From positions 97,494 through 161,493 of the forward strand of contig JAXHNI010000009.1 of assembly GCA_034520625.1 (NCBI GenBank): a stretch of 64,000 nucleotides of DNA, written 5' to 3'. Positions 42,632 through 51,780 of the stretch are shown in pieces; within the stretch, counting starts at the first letter, position 1, and each line of letters opens with the position of its first letter. A program made the position numbers and the translations under genes. The notes below the pieces were generated by a model. The model searched no databases. It was not told the origin of the DNA and was given only the letters and a program-made list of their open reading frames with translations. This stretch comes from Gammaproteobacteria bacterium (lineage in GTDB: Bacteria; Pseudomonadota; Gammaproteobacteria; Arenicellales; JAANXG01).

Positions 42632-44285
42632 AGAAAACCCAGGCGAGTCCGGCGGGGTTCTGCTCGAAATGCGCGGCCTGCGCATCGAAGGCCAGGCCGA
42701 GGAAACCTGGCAGGAGATCGTCAAGGACGTCGACCTGACCCTGCACCGCGGCGAGATTCTGGGGCTGATCGGCGAGTCCGGCGCCGGCAAGTCCACCATC
42801 GGGCTGGCCGCCATGGCCTTCGCGCGGCCGGGCTGCCGGATTTCCGGCGGTTCCATCGTGTTCGATGGCATCGACCTGATGGCCGCCAGCGAGCGCACAC
42901 TGCGCTCGCTGCGCGGCGTGCGCATCGCCTACGTGGCGCAGAGCGCCGCCGCCGCCTTCAACCCCGCGCACAAACTGATCGACCAGTTCATCGAGACACC
43001 GGTAGAGCACGGCCTCAAGAGCCGCAGCGAAGCCGAAACCGACGCCAAGGACTTCTACAAACGGCTGCTGCTCCCGGACCCGGACAATATCGGCTATCGT
43101 TACCCGCACCAAGTGTCGGGCGGGCAGCTGCAGCGGGCCATGACCGCCATGGCCATGGCCTGCCAGCCGGACCTCATCGTTTTCGACGAACCCACCACCG
43201 CGCTCGACGTCACCACCCAGATCGAGGTGCTGACGACGATCAGAAATATCGTCAACGACTTCGACACCGCCGCGATCTACATCACCCACGACCTGGCGGT
43301 CGTCGCGCAGATGGCGGACCGCATCATGGTCCTGCGCTACGGGGAGGCGGTTGAGGAAGCGGACACCCGCACCATGATGTCGAGCCCCACGGCGGACTAC
43401 ACCAAGACGCTGTGGGCGGTGCGGACGTTTCGCAAGACCGAGCGTGCCGAACGGGACGCGGACCCGCTGGTGACCGTGGACCATGTCACCGCCGCCTACG
43501 GCAACGTCCCGGTGCTCCACGATATCAGCTTCGAGATCTACCGGGGTCGCACCGTCGCCGTCGTGGGCGAGAGCGGCAGCGGCAAGAGCACCGCGGCACG
43601 GGTGATAACAGGTTTGCTGCCGCCGCGGGAAGGCCGGGTGATGTTCCGCGACCAGGAGCTGCCGGGGGACTATCGCCGGCGGACCAAGAGCCAGCTCCGC
43701 CACGCGCAGATGATCTACCAGATGGCGGACACGGCAATCAATCCGCGCCAGCGGATACGGGATATCATCGGCCGGCCGTTGAAGTTCTACCTGGACGTGG
43801 GTGGCAGGGAGCTGGAAACAAGGATCCGTGCGCTGCTGGAAATGATCGAGCTGGACCCGTCCGAGTTCATCGAGCGGTTTCCCTCCGAGCTTTCGGGCGG
43901 CCAGAAGCAGCGCATCTGCATTGCCCGGGCTCTGGCGGCGGAGCCCGAGTTCATTATCTGCGACGAGGTGACCTCGGCGCTGGACCAGGTGGTGGCGGAG
44001 GAAATCCTGAAACTGCTCGACCGCCTCCAGCAGGAGCTGAATCTCGGCTACCTGTTCATCACACACGACCTGGCCACCGTGCGCGCCATCGCCGACGACG
44101 TGGTGGTGATGCTGCAGGGGGAGGTCGTCGAATACGGGCCGAAGGACGAGATCTTCACGCCGCCCCACCACGAGTACACCGAGCTACTCCTGTCCTCGGT
44201 GCCGGAAATGGACCCCGACTGGCTCGACGGCGTACTGAAAAAGCGCCGTGAGGAAGGCCTGATGGAGTCGGTTTCCGAGTCCTGA
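42618..44285 (+). CDS. ABC transporter ATP-binding protein with two fused ATPase cassettes (DppD/DppF-like)
   Basis: 555-aa ORF with two Walker A motifs ([18 protein letters not shown]), two signature motifs ([16 protein letters not shown]), and two Walker B motifs. Confidence 0.9.
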   Translation: MMSTEENPGESGGVLLEMRGLRIEGQAEETWQEIVKDVDLTLHRGEILGLIGESGAGKSTIGLAAMAFARPGCRISGGSIVFDGIDLMAASERTLRSLRGVRIAYVAQSAAAAFNPAHKLIDQFIETPVEHGLKSRSEAETDAKDFYKRLLLPDPDNIGYRYPHQVSGGQLQRAMTAMAMACQPDLIVFDEPTTALDVTTQIEVLTTIRNIVNDFDTAAIYITHDLAVVAQMADRIMVLRYGEAVEEADTRTMMSSPTADYTKTLWAVRTFRKTERAERDADPLVTVDHVTAAYGNVPVLHDISFEIYRGRTVAVVGESGSGKSTAARVITGLLPPREGRVMFRDQELPGDYRRRTKSQLRHAQMIYQMADTAINPRQRIRDIIGRPLKFYLDVGGRELETRIRALLEMIELDPSEFIERFPSELSGGQKQRICIARALAAEPEFIICDEVTSALDQVVAEEILKLLDRLQQELNLGYLFITHDLATVRAIADDVVVMLQGEVVEYGPKDEIFTPPHHEYTELLLSSVPEMDPDWLDGVLKKRREEGLMESVSES

Positions 44286-44408
44286 ACCAGGAACGGTTTT
44301 TTCTCTCACCGGGAACACTGTCATGGTGACTTTCAACGTGTTTCCCGACCGTCAGGGGCAGAGCGGCTCCCGCAGGCCGTGGCCCGGTTGAAGGCCCAGG
44401 TGATAGGG

Positions 44409-44560
44409 GGCCGGTGCCGGGGGCCATCCCCCAGGGCTGTCGAAAACAGGGATGTTTGAGCCAGAGCGTACAGGGATGTATTCCATCCTTCGGTCCGCAA
44501 ACGGCACTTCCCTGTGCCGCTCCTCACAGCGACCCTGGGGGATGGCCCCCGGCACCGGCC
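44409..44560 (+). repeat. hairpin-ended intergenic element, copy E (long form, best-preserved)
   Basis: 152 bp with perfect 28-bp terminal inverted repeats. The interior contains the local hairpins GGATGtattcCATCC and GGCACttccctGTGCC. Confidence 0.92.
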
Positions 44561-44630
44561 CATACCTCGACGGCGCGACTCGAACCGGGCCACGGCCTAC
44601 TGCATGGTGCAGCATCTGTGGCCGGGGACG

Positions 44631-45896
44631 CTAAAACAACGCCGGCGCCTGCCAAGGGTGATTCAGCCCCAGGATCTTCGCCAGGGTGGGCGCCACCTGT
44701 ATCGCGTTCCCGGGAGGGAGTACCGCCCGGGGTATGTCCGGGCCGCTGAACAGGCAGAACCGGAAGTCCGCACGGGTGCCGGGCCGCATGCCGTGATTAG
44801 ACCGGTACTTCGACGGCCCCGTGGCACCGGTAGTGCCGGGCCGGCCCGATTCGAAGCTCATGCTCGAGCCTTCGGGCATGACGAACGTGAGCAGCCGGTC
44901 CCTGGCCCCTGCGGGCAGGTGATCGTTGTTCCACGGCTCGATGTCATGGTCCATCAGCCGCGCACTGATTGTTCGGGCATGGCCCGGCGAATCCGGCCTG
45001 ACCATGAGCACGCCGCCCTCGCTGGACCAGACCGCGTCGCCGCCCAGGACCCGATCTACATAGAACCCGGCGGACACGGGGGCATGGCCATGGTCGCTGA
45101 CGACGGCCAGGTTGTACTGATCCCGCATGCCGCGGTCCTCGAGCCGGGCGAGCAGGGCGCCGACCTGGGCGTCCGCCGCCCGCAGCGACCACTCCACCAT
45201 AGGGTGGCCGGCGCCGTACTGGTGCAGGAAATAATCCGTTATCGCGACCTCCAGCAGGATAAGGTCCGGCGGTTGTTCGGAGCAGGCAAGCCCCGCCGCC
45301 AATTCCATGAGCTGGAAGTCAGCCAGCATCCCCATATGCAGCTTGTCGTGTCCGGGCTCGTTCGGCGCCACCACCGCGCGGATGGCAGCGGCGGCGGCAG
45401 ACTCCCGCAGCCGGCCATCGGGGTCGAACGGGTTTCCGGCGTGCAGCCAACGCCGGTCGGCCGGTGTGTACTCCAATTCCGAATTCCCCGCCAGCACCTC
45501 ACCCGTCCACCACGGCCCGTGGTAGACGGTGCAGTCTTCGGGACGCACCATGCCATATCCGACGGCGGCGACGTCCCGGCCCTGGTGGACCGCCAGGGCG
45601 GGCAGCGTGTCGGCGCCGACGTCCCAGGGATTCGCCCAGCGGAACGCTTCGCCGTCCAGAATACGGTTACCGTAGATGCCGTGTCCGGACGGAGGTACGC
45701 CGGCGATGATGGATGTGCGCCCCGGCGCCGACGTGCCGCACACCTCCGGGCTGACACCGGTGACCTCCGTTCCCGCCTGCGCGAGTCGATCGAGGTTCGG
45801 CAGCCAGACACGAGCTGTTTCGAAATGGTCGGCACTGATGCCGTCGATCATGACCAGGATGAGTCTGCTCAATTCAACCCCTCGGCCGCTCCGCAT
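44631..45896 (-). CDS. alkaline-phosphatase-superfamily enzyme (type I phosphodiesterase / nucleotide pyrophosphatase family)
   Basis: 421-aa ORF with the metal/nucleophile blocks LVMIDGISADHF, GTSAPGRTSIIAGVPPSGHGIYGN and VSDHGH. An alternative TTG start lies 8 codons downstream with a better Shine-Dalgarno. Confidence 0.75.
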   Translation of the reverse strand: MRSGRGVELSRLILVMIDGISADHFETARVWLPNLDRLAQAGTEVTGVSPEVCGTSAPGRTSIIAGVPPSGHGIYGNRILDGEAFRWANPWDVGADTLPALAVHQGRDVAAVGYGMVRPEDCTVYHGPWWTGEVLAGNSELEYTPADRRWLHAGNPFDPDGRLRESAAAAAIRAVVAPNEPGHDKLHMGMLADFQLMELAAGLACSEQPPDLILLEVAITDYFLHQYGAGHPMVEWSLRAADAQVGALLARLEDRGMRDQYNLAVVSDHGHAPVSAGFYVDRVLGGDAVWSSEGGVLMVRPDSPGHARTISARLMDHDIEPWNNDHLPAGARDRLLTFVMPEGSSMSFESGRPGTTGATGPSKYRSNHGMRPGTRADFRFCLFSGPDIPRAVLPPGNAIQVAPTLAKILGLNHPWQAPALF

Positions 45897-45960
45897 TGGT
45901 TCTCACTGTAGTGACACCGCCTCAAGGAACGGAGCGGCCTCCGGCACCGGCCACCAGCAA

Positions 45961-45994
45961 CGGAGTTCACGGGACAGCGGAGTTCACGGGACAG
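45961..45994. repeat. perfect 17-bp x 2 tandem direct repeat in a promoter region
   Basis: The unit cggagttcacgggacag occurs twice, 65-98 nt upstream of the AP-family gene start. GGGACAGTTTA (45986-45996) is mirrored by TAAACTGTCCC at 46070-46080. Confidence 0.9.
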
Positions 45995-46081
45995 TTTATC
46001 GATCTCCGTCAGCAATCGGAGCCCGCCACAACGAAGTAGATCTCTCCGATTTCGTCGACTTAAATTAAGTAAACTGTCCCC

Positions 46082-46122
46082 GGAATCCGGGAATCCGGCG
46101 GGAATCCCCGGAATCCGGAATC
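46082..46122. repeat. array of GGAATC(C) short repeats
   Basis: The sequence is ggaatccgg-gaatccgg-cgggaatcccc-ggaatcc-ggaatct. That gives five GGAATC cores in 41 bp, with a sixth at 46129. Confidence 0.85.
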
Positions 46123-46132
46123 TAGGTAGGAA

Positions 46133-46789
46133 TCAAGGACAAGACTTGCGCGCTACCAGCACGCCGTCGCGCACCGTCAGCAGCACCTTCTCGACGGCCG
46201 GGTCGTCCCTGACCTTGTCGTTGAACGCCACCAGGGCGCGGTCGGAATCCGAGTCCGGATGCAGGACGCGGCCGGACCACAACACGTTGTCCGCCACGAT
46301 CAGGCCGCCCTGGCGCAGCTTGGGCATGACCAGGTCGTAGTAGTTCGAGTAGTTCTCTTTATCCGCATCCAGGAAAACCAGGTCGAAGGGCCCTTCGATG
46401 CGTTCCAGGGATTCGACCGCCGGCCCCATCCGGATGCCGATCTTGTAGCCGACGGGGCTGCGCTTGAAGAACGAGCGGGCGACTTCGGCATGCTTCTCGT
46501 CCAGCTCGCAGCTCACGATCTCCCCGTGCTCGTCCAGGGCCTCCGCCATGGCCAGCGCGGAGTAGCCGCTGAACAGGCCGATTTCCAGAACCCGCCGGGC
46601 CTGAATCAAGCGCACCAGCATCTGCAGGAACGCCGCTTCCAACCGGCCCACCACCATCTGCGGCTGCTCCAGATGCTCGTACGTGTACTGCTCGAGCTCC
46701 TGGAGCAGCCTGCTCGGCTCGTTCGAGTGCTCGGCGGCGTAGGTCTCGAGATCGGGGTCTACCAGTGGGTCCATCGACGTTCCTCGCAC
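46133..46789 (-). CDS. class I SAM-dependent O-methyltransferase (caffeoyl-CoA OMT / family 3 type)
   Basis: 218-aa ORF with VLEIGLFSGYSALAMAEAL...FDLVFLDADKENY...GGLIVADNVLWSG. The start may be the Met 5 codons in. Confidence 0.85.
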   Translation of the reverse strand: MRGTSMDPLVDPDLETYAAEHSNEPSRLLQELEQYTYEHLEQPQMVVGRLEAAFLQMLVRLIQARRVLEIGLFSGYSALAMAEALDEHGEIVSCELDEKHAEVARSFFKRSPVGYKIGIRMGPAVESLERIEGPFDLVFLDADKENYSNYYDLVMPKLRQGGLIVADNVLWSGRVLHPDSDSDRALVAFNDKVRDDPAVEKVLLTVRDGVLVARKSCP

Positions 46790-46855
46790 AGTGCGTTTGC
46801 GTTAACCTTGCCGCATGATTGTGCCACGGAACCCACCGCAGGACGTACTGCGACG

Positions 46856-49723
46856 ATGACCCGCGACCATGCACCGGACTTTTCCCCGCTTTCCGACGCG
46901 CTGCGCGGGCGCGTCGAGGCGCACTGGGAAACCTACCGCGGCAATACCGATGCGCCCGTGCTCGACGGCCCGGTCCTGGAGACCCTGCCGCTGGTGTGGG
47001 CGTGCAGCGAGTTCGTGGCGCGCACCTGCGCCCTGCACCCGGCCGTGCTGCAGGAGCTCCACGAATCCGGCGACCTGGAGCGCGCCTACGAGGGGAACGA
47101 GCTGGGAGACCGCATCGTGGCGCTGGCCGGGGAGCTGGAAGATGAGCAGGATCTTTACCGGACCCTGCGCCGGATGCGCAGGCGCGAGGCGGTCCGCATC
47201 GCCTGGCGCGACCTGGCCGGCTGGGCGGATCTCGAGGAGGTGATGGCCGTCATGACGGAGCTGGCCGACGCCAGCATCCAGCTCGGCCTGGCGACGCTGC
47301 ACGAGCTGGCCTGCGAGCAGCGCGGCACGCCGCGGGACGAGCAGGGCGAGCCGGTGGCACTGAGCGTGCTGGGCCTGGGCAAGCTCGGCGGACGCGAGCT
47401 CAACTTCTCCTCGGACATCGACCTGATACTCGCCTACCGCGCCGACGGCGAGACGGACGCGCCCAGGCCGATGTCGAACCATGAGTTCTTCAGCAAGCTC
47501 GGCACCCGCCTGATCCATGCTCTCGATCATATTACCGAGGACGGCTACGTCTTCCGGGTGGATATGCGACTGCGCCCCAACGGCAGCAGCGGGCCCCTGG
47601 CCCTGTCCTTCGACGCCATGATCCAGTATTACCAGGTACACGGGCGTGACTGGGAGCGTTATGCGATGGTCAAGGCCAGGCCGGTGGCCGGCGGCATCGA
47701 CGAGGGCCGGTGGCTGCTGGACCAGCTCCGGCCGTTCATCTACCGGAAGTACCTCGACTTCGGCGCGGTTCAGGCGATCCGGGATATGAAGCAGATAATC
47801 GACCGCGAAGTCCGGCGCAAGCACGGCGAGGGGGACATCAAGCTGGGCCGCGGGGGGATCCGGGAAATCGAGTTCATCGTACAGAGCCTGCAGCTGATCC
47901 GGGGCGGCCGGGAGCCGGGTCTGCAGACCAGCCGAATTCATTCGGCCCTGCGCGAGCTCGCCGGCATCGATGCACTGGAGGCCGACACCGTCAACTCGCT
48001 GGAATCGTGCTACCGGTTCCTTCGCAACCTGGAGCACCGGCTGCAGATGCTGGCCGACGAGCAGACTCACGTGCTGCCGAAGGATGAAGTCCCGCGCGCC
48101 CGCCTGGCGCTGGCCATGGGCGAAACCGACTGGACCGGACTTCAGCAGGCGGTGAACGAGGTCAAGGACCGCGTCAATGATACCTTCCAGCGCATCCTGA
48201 GCGAGAAACCGCCGCCCGGTGACTCGCTGGACACCATGGCCGATGTCTGGTCGGCGCGCATCGAGCGCGACACCGCCCTGCCGCTGCTGCGCGACACCGG
48301 GTACGAAGACCCGGAAACGACCTTCAACCTCCTCCGACAGCTGCGCCGGGGCAAGTCCTACCATGCGCACTCCAAGGTCGGGCGCGAACGGCTCGACCGC
48401 CTGATGCCGGCCCTGGTCCAGCTCGCCGGCAGGTCCGGGCAACCGCACGAAACGCTGTCCCGGCTGACCCATTTCATCGAAGCCGTGGGGCGCCGCTCCG
48501 CCTACCTGATCCTGCTGATCGAGAATCCACTGGCCCTGGAGCAGCTGGTGCGCCTGTGCGCCGCCAGCGCCTGGGTGAGCAACTGGATCAGCCGCTATCC
48601 GCTGTTGCTGGAGGAGCTGCTCAGCCCCATCAGCAGCACACCGGAGTCCTTCGAGCAGGAGCTGGACGAGGAGATCGAGCACCGTCTGCAGCCCCTGGAC
48701 CCGGGCGACATCGAAGCGCACATGGAGGCATTCCGGGAGATCCATCACGCACAGATGCTGCGCATCGCCGCCGCGGACATATTCGAAAGCATAGACCGCC
48801 CCCAGGTCGCCCATCGCATCTGCCTGGTCGCGGAGAAGCTGCTCGATGCGGTGGTGGCGCACTGCGTCAGCGAGTTGAGCCCCGGTATCGGCAGGCCCGC
48901 CCAGGGGGACTCGGACGAGCCGCCGGCTTTCGGTATCGTCGGCTACGGCAAGCTCGGAAGCCGCGAGCTCGGCTACAACTCGGACATCGATCTGGTGTTC
49001 ATGCACCAGGTCCGCGACCCCACGGCCGCCACCACCGGCGGCCGGAGGCCGGTCAGCAACGACCAGTACTTCGCCCGCCTGGCCCAGCGCATCACCCACG
49101 TCATCGCCACCCGTACACCGTCCGGCGTAATGTACGAAATCGACCATCGCCTGCGCCCCAGCGGCGGCTCGGGTCCGCTGGTGACCTCCCTGCAGTCGTT
49201 CCACAGCTACCAGGTCGAGCGCGCCTGGACCTGGGAACACCAGGCGCTGGTCCGGGCGCGCGTGGTCACGGGGCCGCCGGCGCTCGCGGAGGCGTTCGAG
49301 TCAGTGCGCCGGGAGGTGCTCTGCAGCCGCCGCGACCTGGAAAAACTGCGCGGCGACGTGAAGCAGATGCGGACAAAGATGCGTTCGGCGAACGATCGCA
49401 GCACCGCCGGGCAATTCGACTTGAAGCAATGCCCGGGCGGAATCATTGACATCGAGTTCATTGTCCAATATTACGTACTCCAGTACGCGCACGAGCATCC
49501 GGACCTCGCCGGCCCGCGCAACACCCTGGAGCTGCTGGCGGCGATCGACGAGGCGGGGCTGATGAGCGGGGAGGATTCGGCTCTGCTGCGGGACATCTAT
49601 CAAAGCTACCTGAACGTGGACCATGGGCACAAGCTGGCCGAGCAGGCCCTGCTGCTGGACACGAACACGCTGAGCGAGGAACGCAGGGCCGTGGCGGCCC
49701 TGTGGGATCGAATATTCGATTAA
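46856..49723 (+). CDS. glnE: bifunctional glutamine synthetase adenylyltransferase / adenylyl-removing enzyme
   Basis: 955-aa product from ATG 46856 with two nucleotidyltransferase halves (…GKLGGRELNFSSDIDLI… and …GKLGSRELGYNSDIDLVF…). The upstream 199 codons of the track ORF are antisense to the OMT gene. Confidence 0.95.
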   Translation: MTRDHAPDFSPLSDALRGRVEAHWETYRGNTDAPVLDGPVLETLPLVWACSEFVARTCALHPAVLQELHESGDLERAYEGNELGDRIVALAGELEDEQDLYRTLRRMRRREAVRIAWRDLAGWADLEEVMAVMTELADASIQLGLATLHELACEQRGTPRDEQGEPVALSVLGLGKLGGRELNFSSDIDLILAYRADGETDAPRPMSNHEFFSKLGTRLIHALDHITEDGYVFRVDMRLRPNGSSGPLALSFDAMIQYYQVHGRDWERYAMVKARPVAGGIDEGRWLLDQLRPFIYRKYLDFGAVQAIRDMKQIIDREVRRKHGEGDIKLGRGGIREIEFIVQSLQLIRGGREPGLQTSRIHSALRELAGIDALEADTVNSLESCYRFLRNLEHRLQMLADEQTHVLPKDEVPRARLALAMGETDWTGLQQAVNEVKDRVNDTFQRILSEKPPPGDSLDTMADVWSARIERDTALPLLRDTGYEDPETTFNLLRQLRRGKSYHAHSKVGRERLDRLMPALVQLAGRSGQPHETLSRLTHFIEAVGRRSAYLILLIENPLALEQLVRLCAASAWVSNWISRYPLLLEELLSPISSTPESFEQELDEEIEHRLQPLDPGDIEAHMEAFREIHHAQMLRIAAADIFESIDRPQVAHRICLVAEKLLDAVVAHCVSELSPGIGRPAQGDSDEPPAFGIVGYGKLGSRELGYNSDIDLVFMHQVRDPTAATTGGRRPVSNDQYFARLAQRITHVIATRTPSGVMYEIDHRLRPSGGSGPLVTSLQSFHSYQVERAWTWEHQALVRARVVTGPPALAEAFESVRREVLCSRRDLEKLRGDVKQMRTKMRSANDRSTAGQFDLKQCPGGIIDIEFIVQYYVLQYAHEHPDLAGPRNTLELLAAIDEAGLMSGEDSALLRDIYQSYLNVDHGHKLAEQALLLDTNTLSEERRAVAALWDRIFD

Positions 49724-49762
49724 CCGGGTCGAGACCCGACTTTTTACTGGAGAAAACGCATC

Positions 49763-50686
49763 ATGTCATTTTCAGATCGCGACGGCGTCATATGGATGGA
49801 CGGCGAGCTCGTGCCCTGGCGGGAAGCGAACGTGCACGTCCTCACCCATACGCTGCACTACGGCGTAGGGGTGTTCGAGGGGCTGCGCGCCTATCGGACC
49901 GAAAAAGGCACCGCGATCTTCCGTCTCGAGGACCACACCAACCGCTTCTTCCGTTCGGCGCGGATCATGGGCATGAATCTCCCCTACGACCGGGACACCT
50001 TGAACGAAGCCCAGAAAACCGTGGTCCGCGAGAACGGCCTCACGGAAGCCTACGTCCGGCCCCTGGCCTATTGGGGCTCCGAGGGCATGGGCCTGCACGC
50101 CCGCAACCTGAAAACCCACGTCGCCATCGCATCCTGGGAATGGGGCGCCTACCTGGGGGACGAGGGCTTGACCAAGGGCATCCGCGTCAAAACATCTTCG
50201 TTCAGCCGCCACCATGTCAACAGCACCATGTGCAAGGCCAAGGCCAACGGGCACTACTACAACTCCATCCTGGCCCTGGAGGAGGCGCTCGCCGCCGGCT
50301 GCGAGGAAGCGCTGCTGCTGGACACCGAGGGTTACGTCGCCGAGGGCAGCGGGGAGAACATATTCATCGTTCGCGACGGCCGGGTCCTGACACCGGAGCT
50401 CACCAGCGCCCTGGAAGGCATCACCCGGGACACCGTGGTGGCGCTGCTGGACGAGCTCGGCCTGGAGCTGCACACGAAGCGCATCACCCGGGACGAGGTC
50501 TATGTCGCCGACGAGGCGTTTTTCTGCGGCACGGCCGCGGAGATCACGCCGATCCGGGAGCTGGACGGGCGGCCCGTCGGCGAGGGCGAGCGCGGGCCCG
50601 TGACCGAAAAGATCCAGTCCCTGTACTTCGACCAGGTCAAGGGCCGGCGCGACACCCACCCGGAGTGGCTCGCATTCGTCTATTGA
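49763..50686 (+). CDS. ilvE: branched-chain amino acid aminotransferase
   Basis: 307-aa ORF with IWMDGELVPW...HYGVGVFEGLRAY...EGSGENIF...GITRD. Confidence 0.95.
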   Translation: MSFSDRDGVIWMDGELVPWREANVHVLTHTLHYGVGVFEGLRAYRTEKGTAIFRLEDHTNRFFRSARIMGMNLPYDRDTLNEAQKTVVRENGLTEAYVRPLAYWGSEGMGLHARNLKTHVAIASWEWGAYLGDEGLTKGIRVKTSSFSRHHVNSTMCKAKANGHYYNSILALEEALAAGCEEALLLDTEGYVAEGSGENIFIVRDGRVLTPELTSALEGITRDTVVALLDELGLELHTKRITRDEVYVADEAFFCGTAAEITPIRELDGRPVGEGERGPVTEKIQSLYFDQVKGRRDTHPEWLAFVY

Positions 50687-50750
50687 GGACCGGCGCACCA
50701 CGAGGAGCGGGCGCCACTCCGCGTCGCGCAGCAGGACCCGGAGCACGGAC

Positions 50751-51776
50751 ATGAAACTGCTGATGGTCAGGACCACGTCGTTCGGCGACATCATTCATGC
50801 GTTTCCGGCTTTGACCGACGCCGCGTCCCGCATCGATGACCTGGTCTGCGACTGGCTGGTGGAGGATTCCTATGCGTGCATGCCCCCCTGGCACCCGGCG
50901 GTGCGGCACGTGATTCCCGTGTCCATGCGGGGTTGGCGCCGCGCGCCCTGGCTGCAGCACGCGCCGGCGATCCGGCGCTTCGTCCGGCAACTGAGGCGGG
51001 AGCGCTACGATCTCGTCCTCGACGCCCAGGGTCTGCTGAAAAGCGCCCTGCTTGCGCGGCTCGCCCGGGGTCCGGCGATGGGTCTCGACCGGCACAGCGC
51101 CGGCGAGGCCCCGGCCGCCCGGCTCTACCACGACACCGTGGCCGTCGAACCGGGCCAGCACGCCATCGACCGGAACCGCGCCCTGTTCGCCGGCGCCCTG
51201 GGCTATAAAGTCCCGGAACCCATGGCCTACGGGCTGCGGCTCCCGGACGACCCGGAGCACGGCGCCTCTCAAGGCCACGAGCCGTACCTGGTGTTCATTC
51301 CCGGCACCACCTGGCCCAGCAAGCAGTGGCCGGAATCCTACTGGCGGGACTTGACCGAGCGGGCCACCGGTGCCGGCTGGCGGGTCCGGATCAACGCCGG
51401 CTCCGGCGCGGAACGATCCGCAGCCGAGCGGATCGCGAAGGGAATCGCCAATGTCGACGTGCCGCCGCTGTCCATCGAGCAGCTGGCGCACGTGCTGCGC
51501 GGCGCACGCGCCGTGGTGTCGGTGGACTCGGGTCCCGGCCACCTCGCCGCCGCGGTGGGGACCCCCGGGGTATCCATCTACGGCGCGACGGATCCGGCCC
51601 TGATGGGCACCCGTGGACCCGGCCAGGTTCACCTGTGCGTGGATTTCGAATGCTCGCCCTGCCTCCGGCGGCGCTGCCAGTTCGCCGACAGCGGCCAGGT
51701 ATATCCAGACTGCTACGCTACGGTGCCGCCGCCCCACGTGTGGGGTACACTCCGTGACCTCCTTCAAACCTGCTGA
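50751..51776 (+). CDS. waaC: lipopolysaccharide heptosyltransferase I
   Basis: 341-aa ORF collinear with E. coli WaaC as recalled (MKLLMVRTTSFGDIIHAFPALTDA...DAQGLLKSALLARLA...VSVDSGPGHLAAA). Confidence 0.88.
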   Translation: MKLLMVRTTSFGDIIHAFPALTDAASRIDDLVCDWLVEDSYACMPPWHPAVRHVIPVSMRGWRRAPWLQHAPAIRRFVRQLRRERYDLVLDAQGLLKSALLARLARGPAMGLDRHSAGEAPAARLYHDTVAVEPGQHAIDRNRALFAGALGYKVPEPMAYGLRLPDDPEHGASQGHEPYLVFIPGTTWPSKQWPESYWRDLTERATGAGWRVRINAGSGAERSAAERIAKGIANVDVPPLSIEQLAHVLRGARAVVSVDSGPGHLAAAVGTPGVSIYGATDPALMGTRGPGQVHLCVDFECSPCLRRRCQFADSGQVYPDCYATVPPPHVWGTLRDLLQTC

Positions 51777-51780
51777 CACC

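Noticed and set aside
41660-44171. Two long minus-strand ORFs (41660-42925, 42525-44171)
   Set aside because: Both are antisense to the ABC permease and ATPase genes, which have clear Walker and signature motifs.
45961-45994. Interpretation of the CTGTCCC tandem units as a canonical Pho box
   Set aside because: The repeat period is 17 bp instead of 11 bp, and the half-site deviates (CTGTCCC versus CTGTCAT). It is kept only as a weak hypothesis in the findings.
46802-49240. 812-aa ORF on the minus strand
   Set aside because: It is antisense to glnE and has no recognisable motifs. It is a GC-driven shadow ORF.
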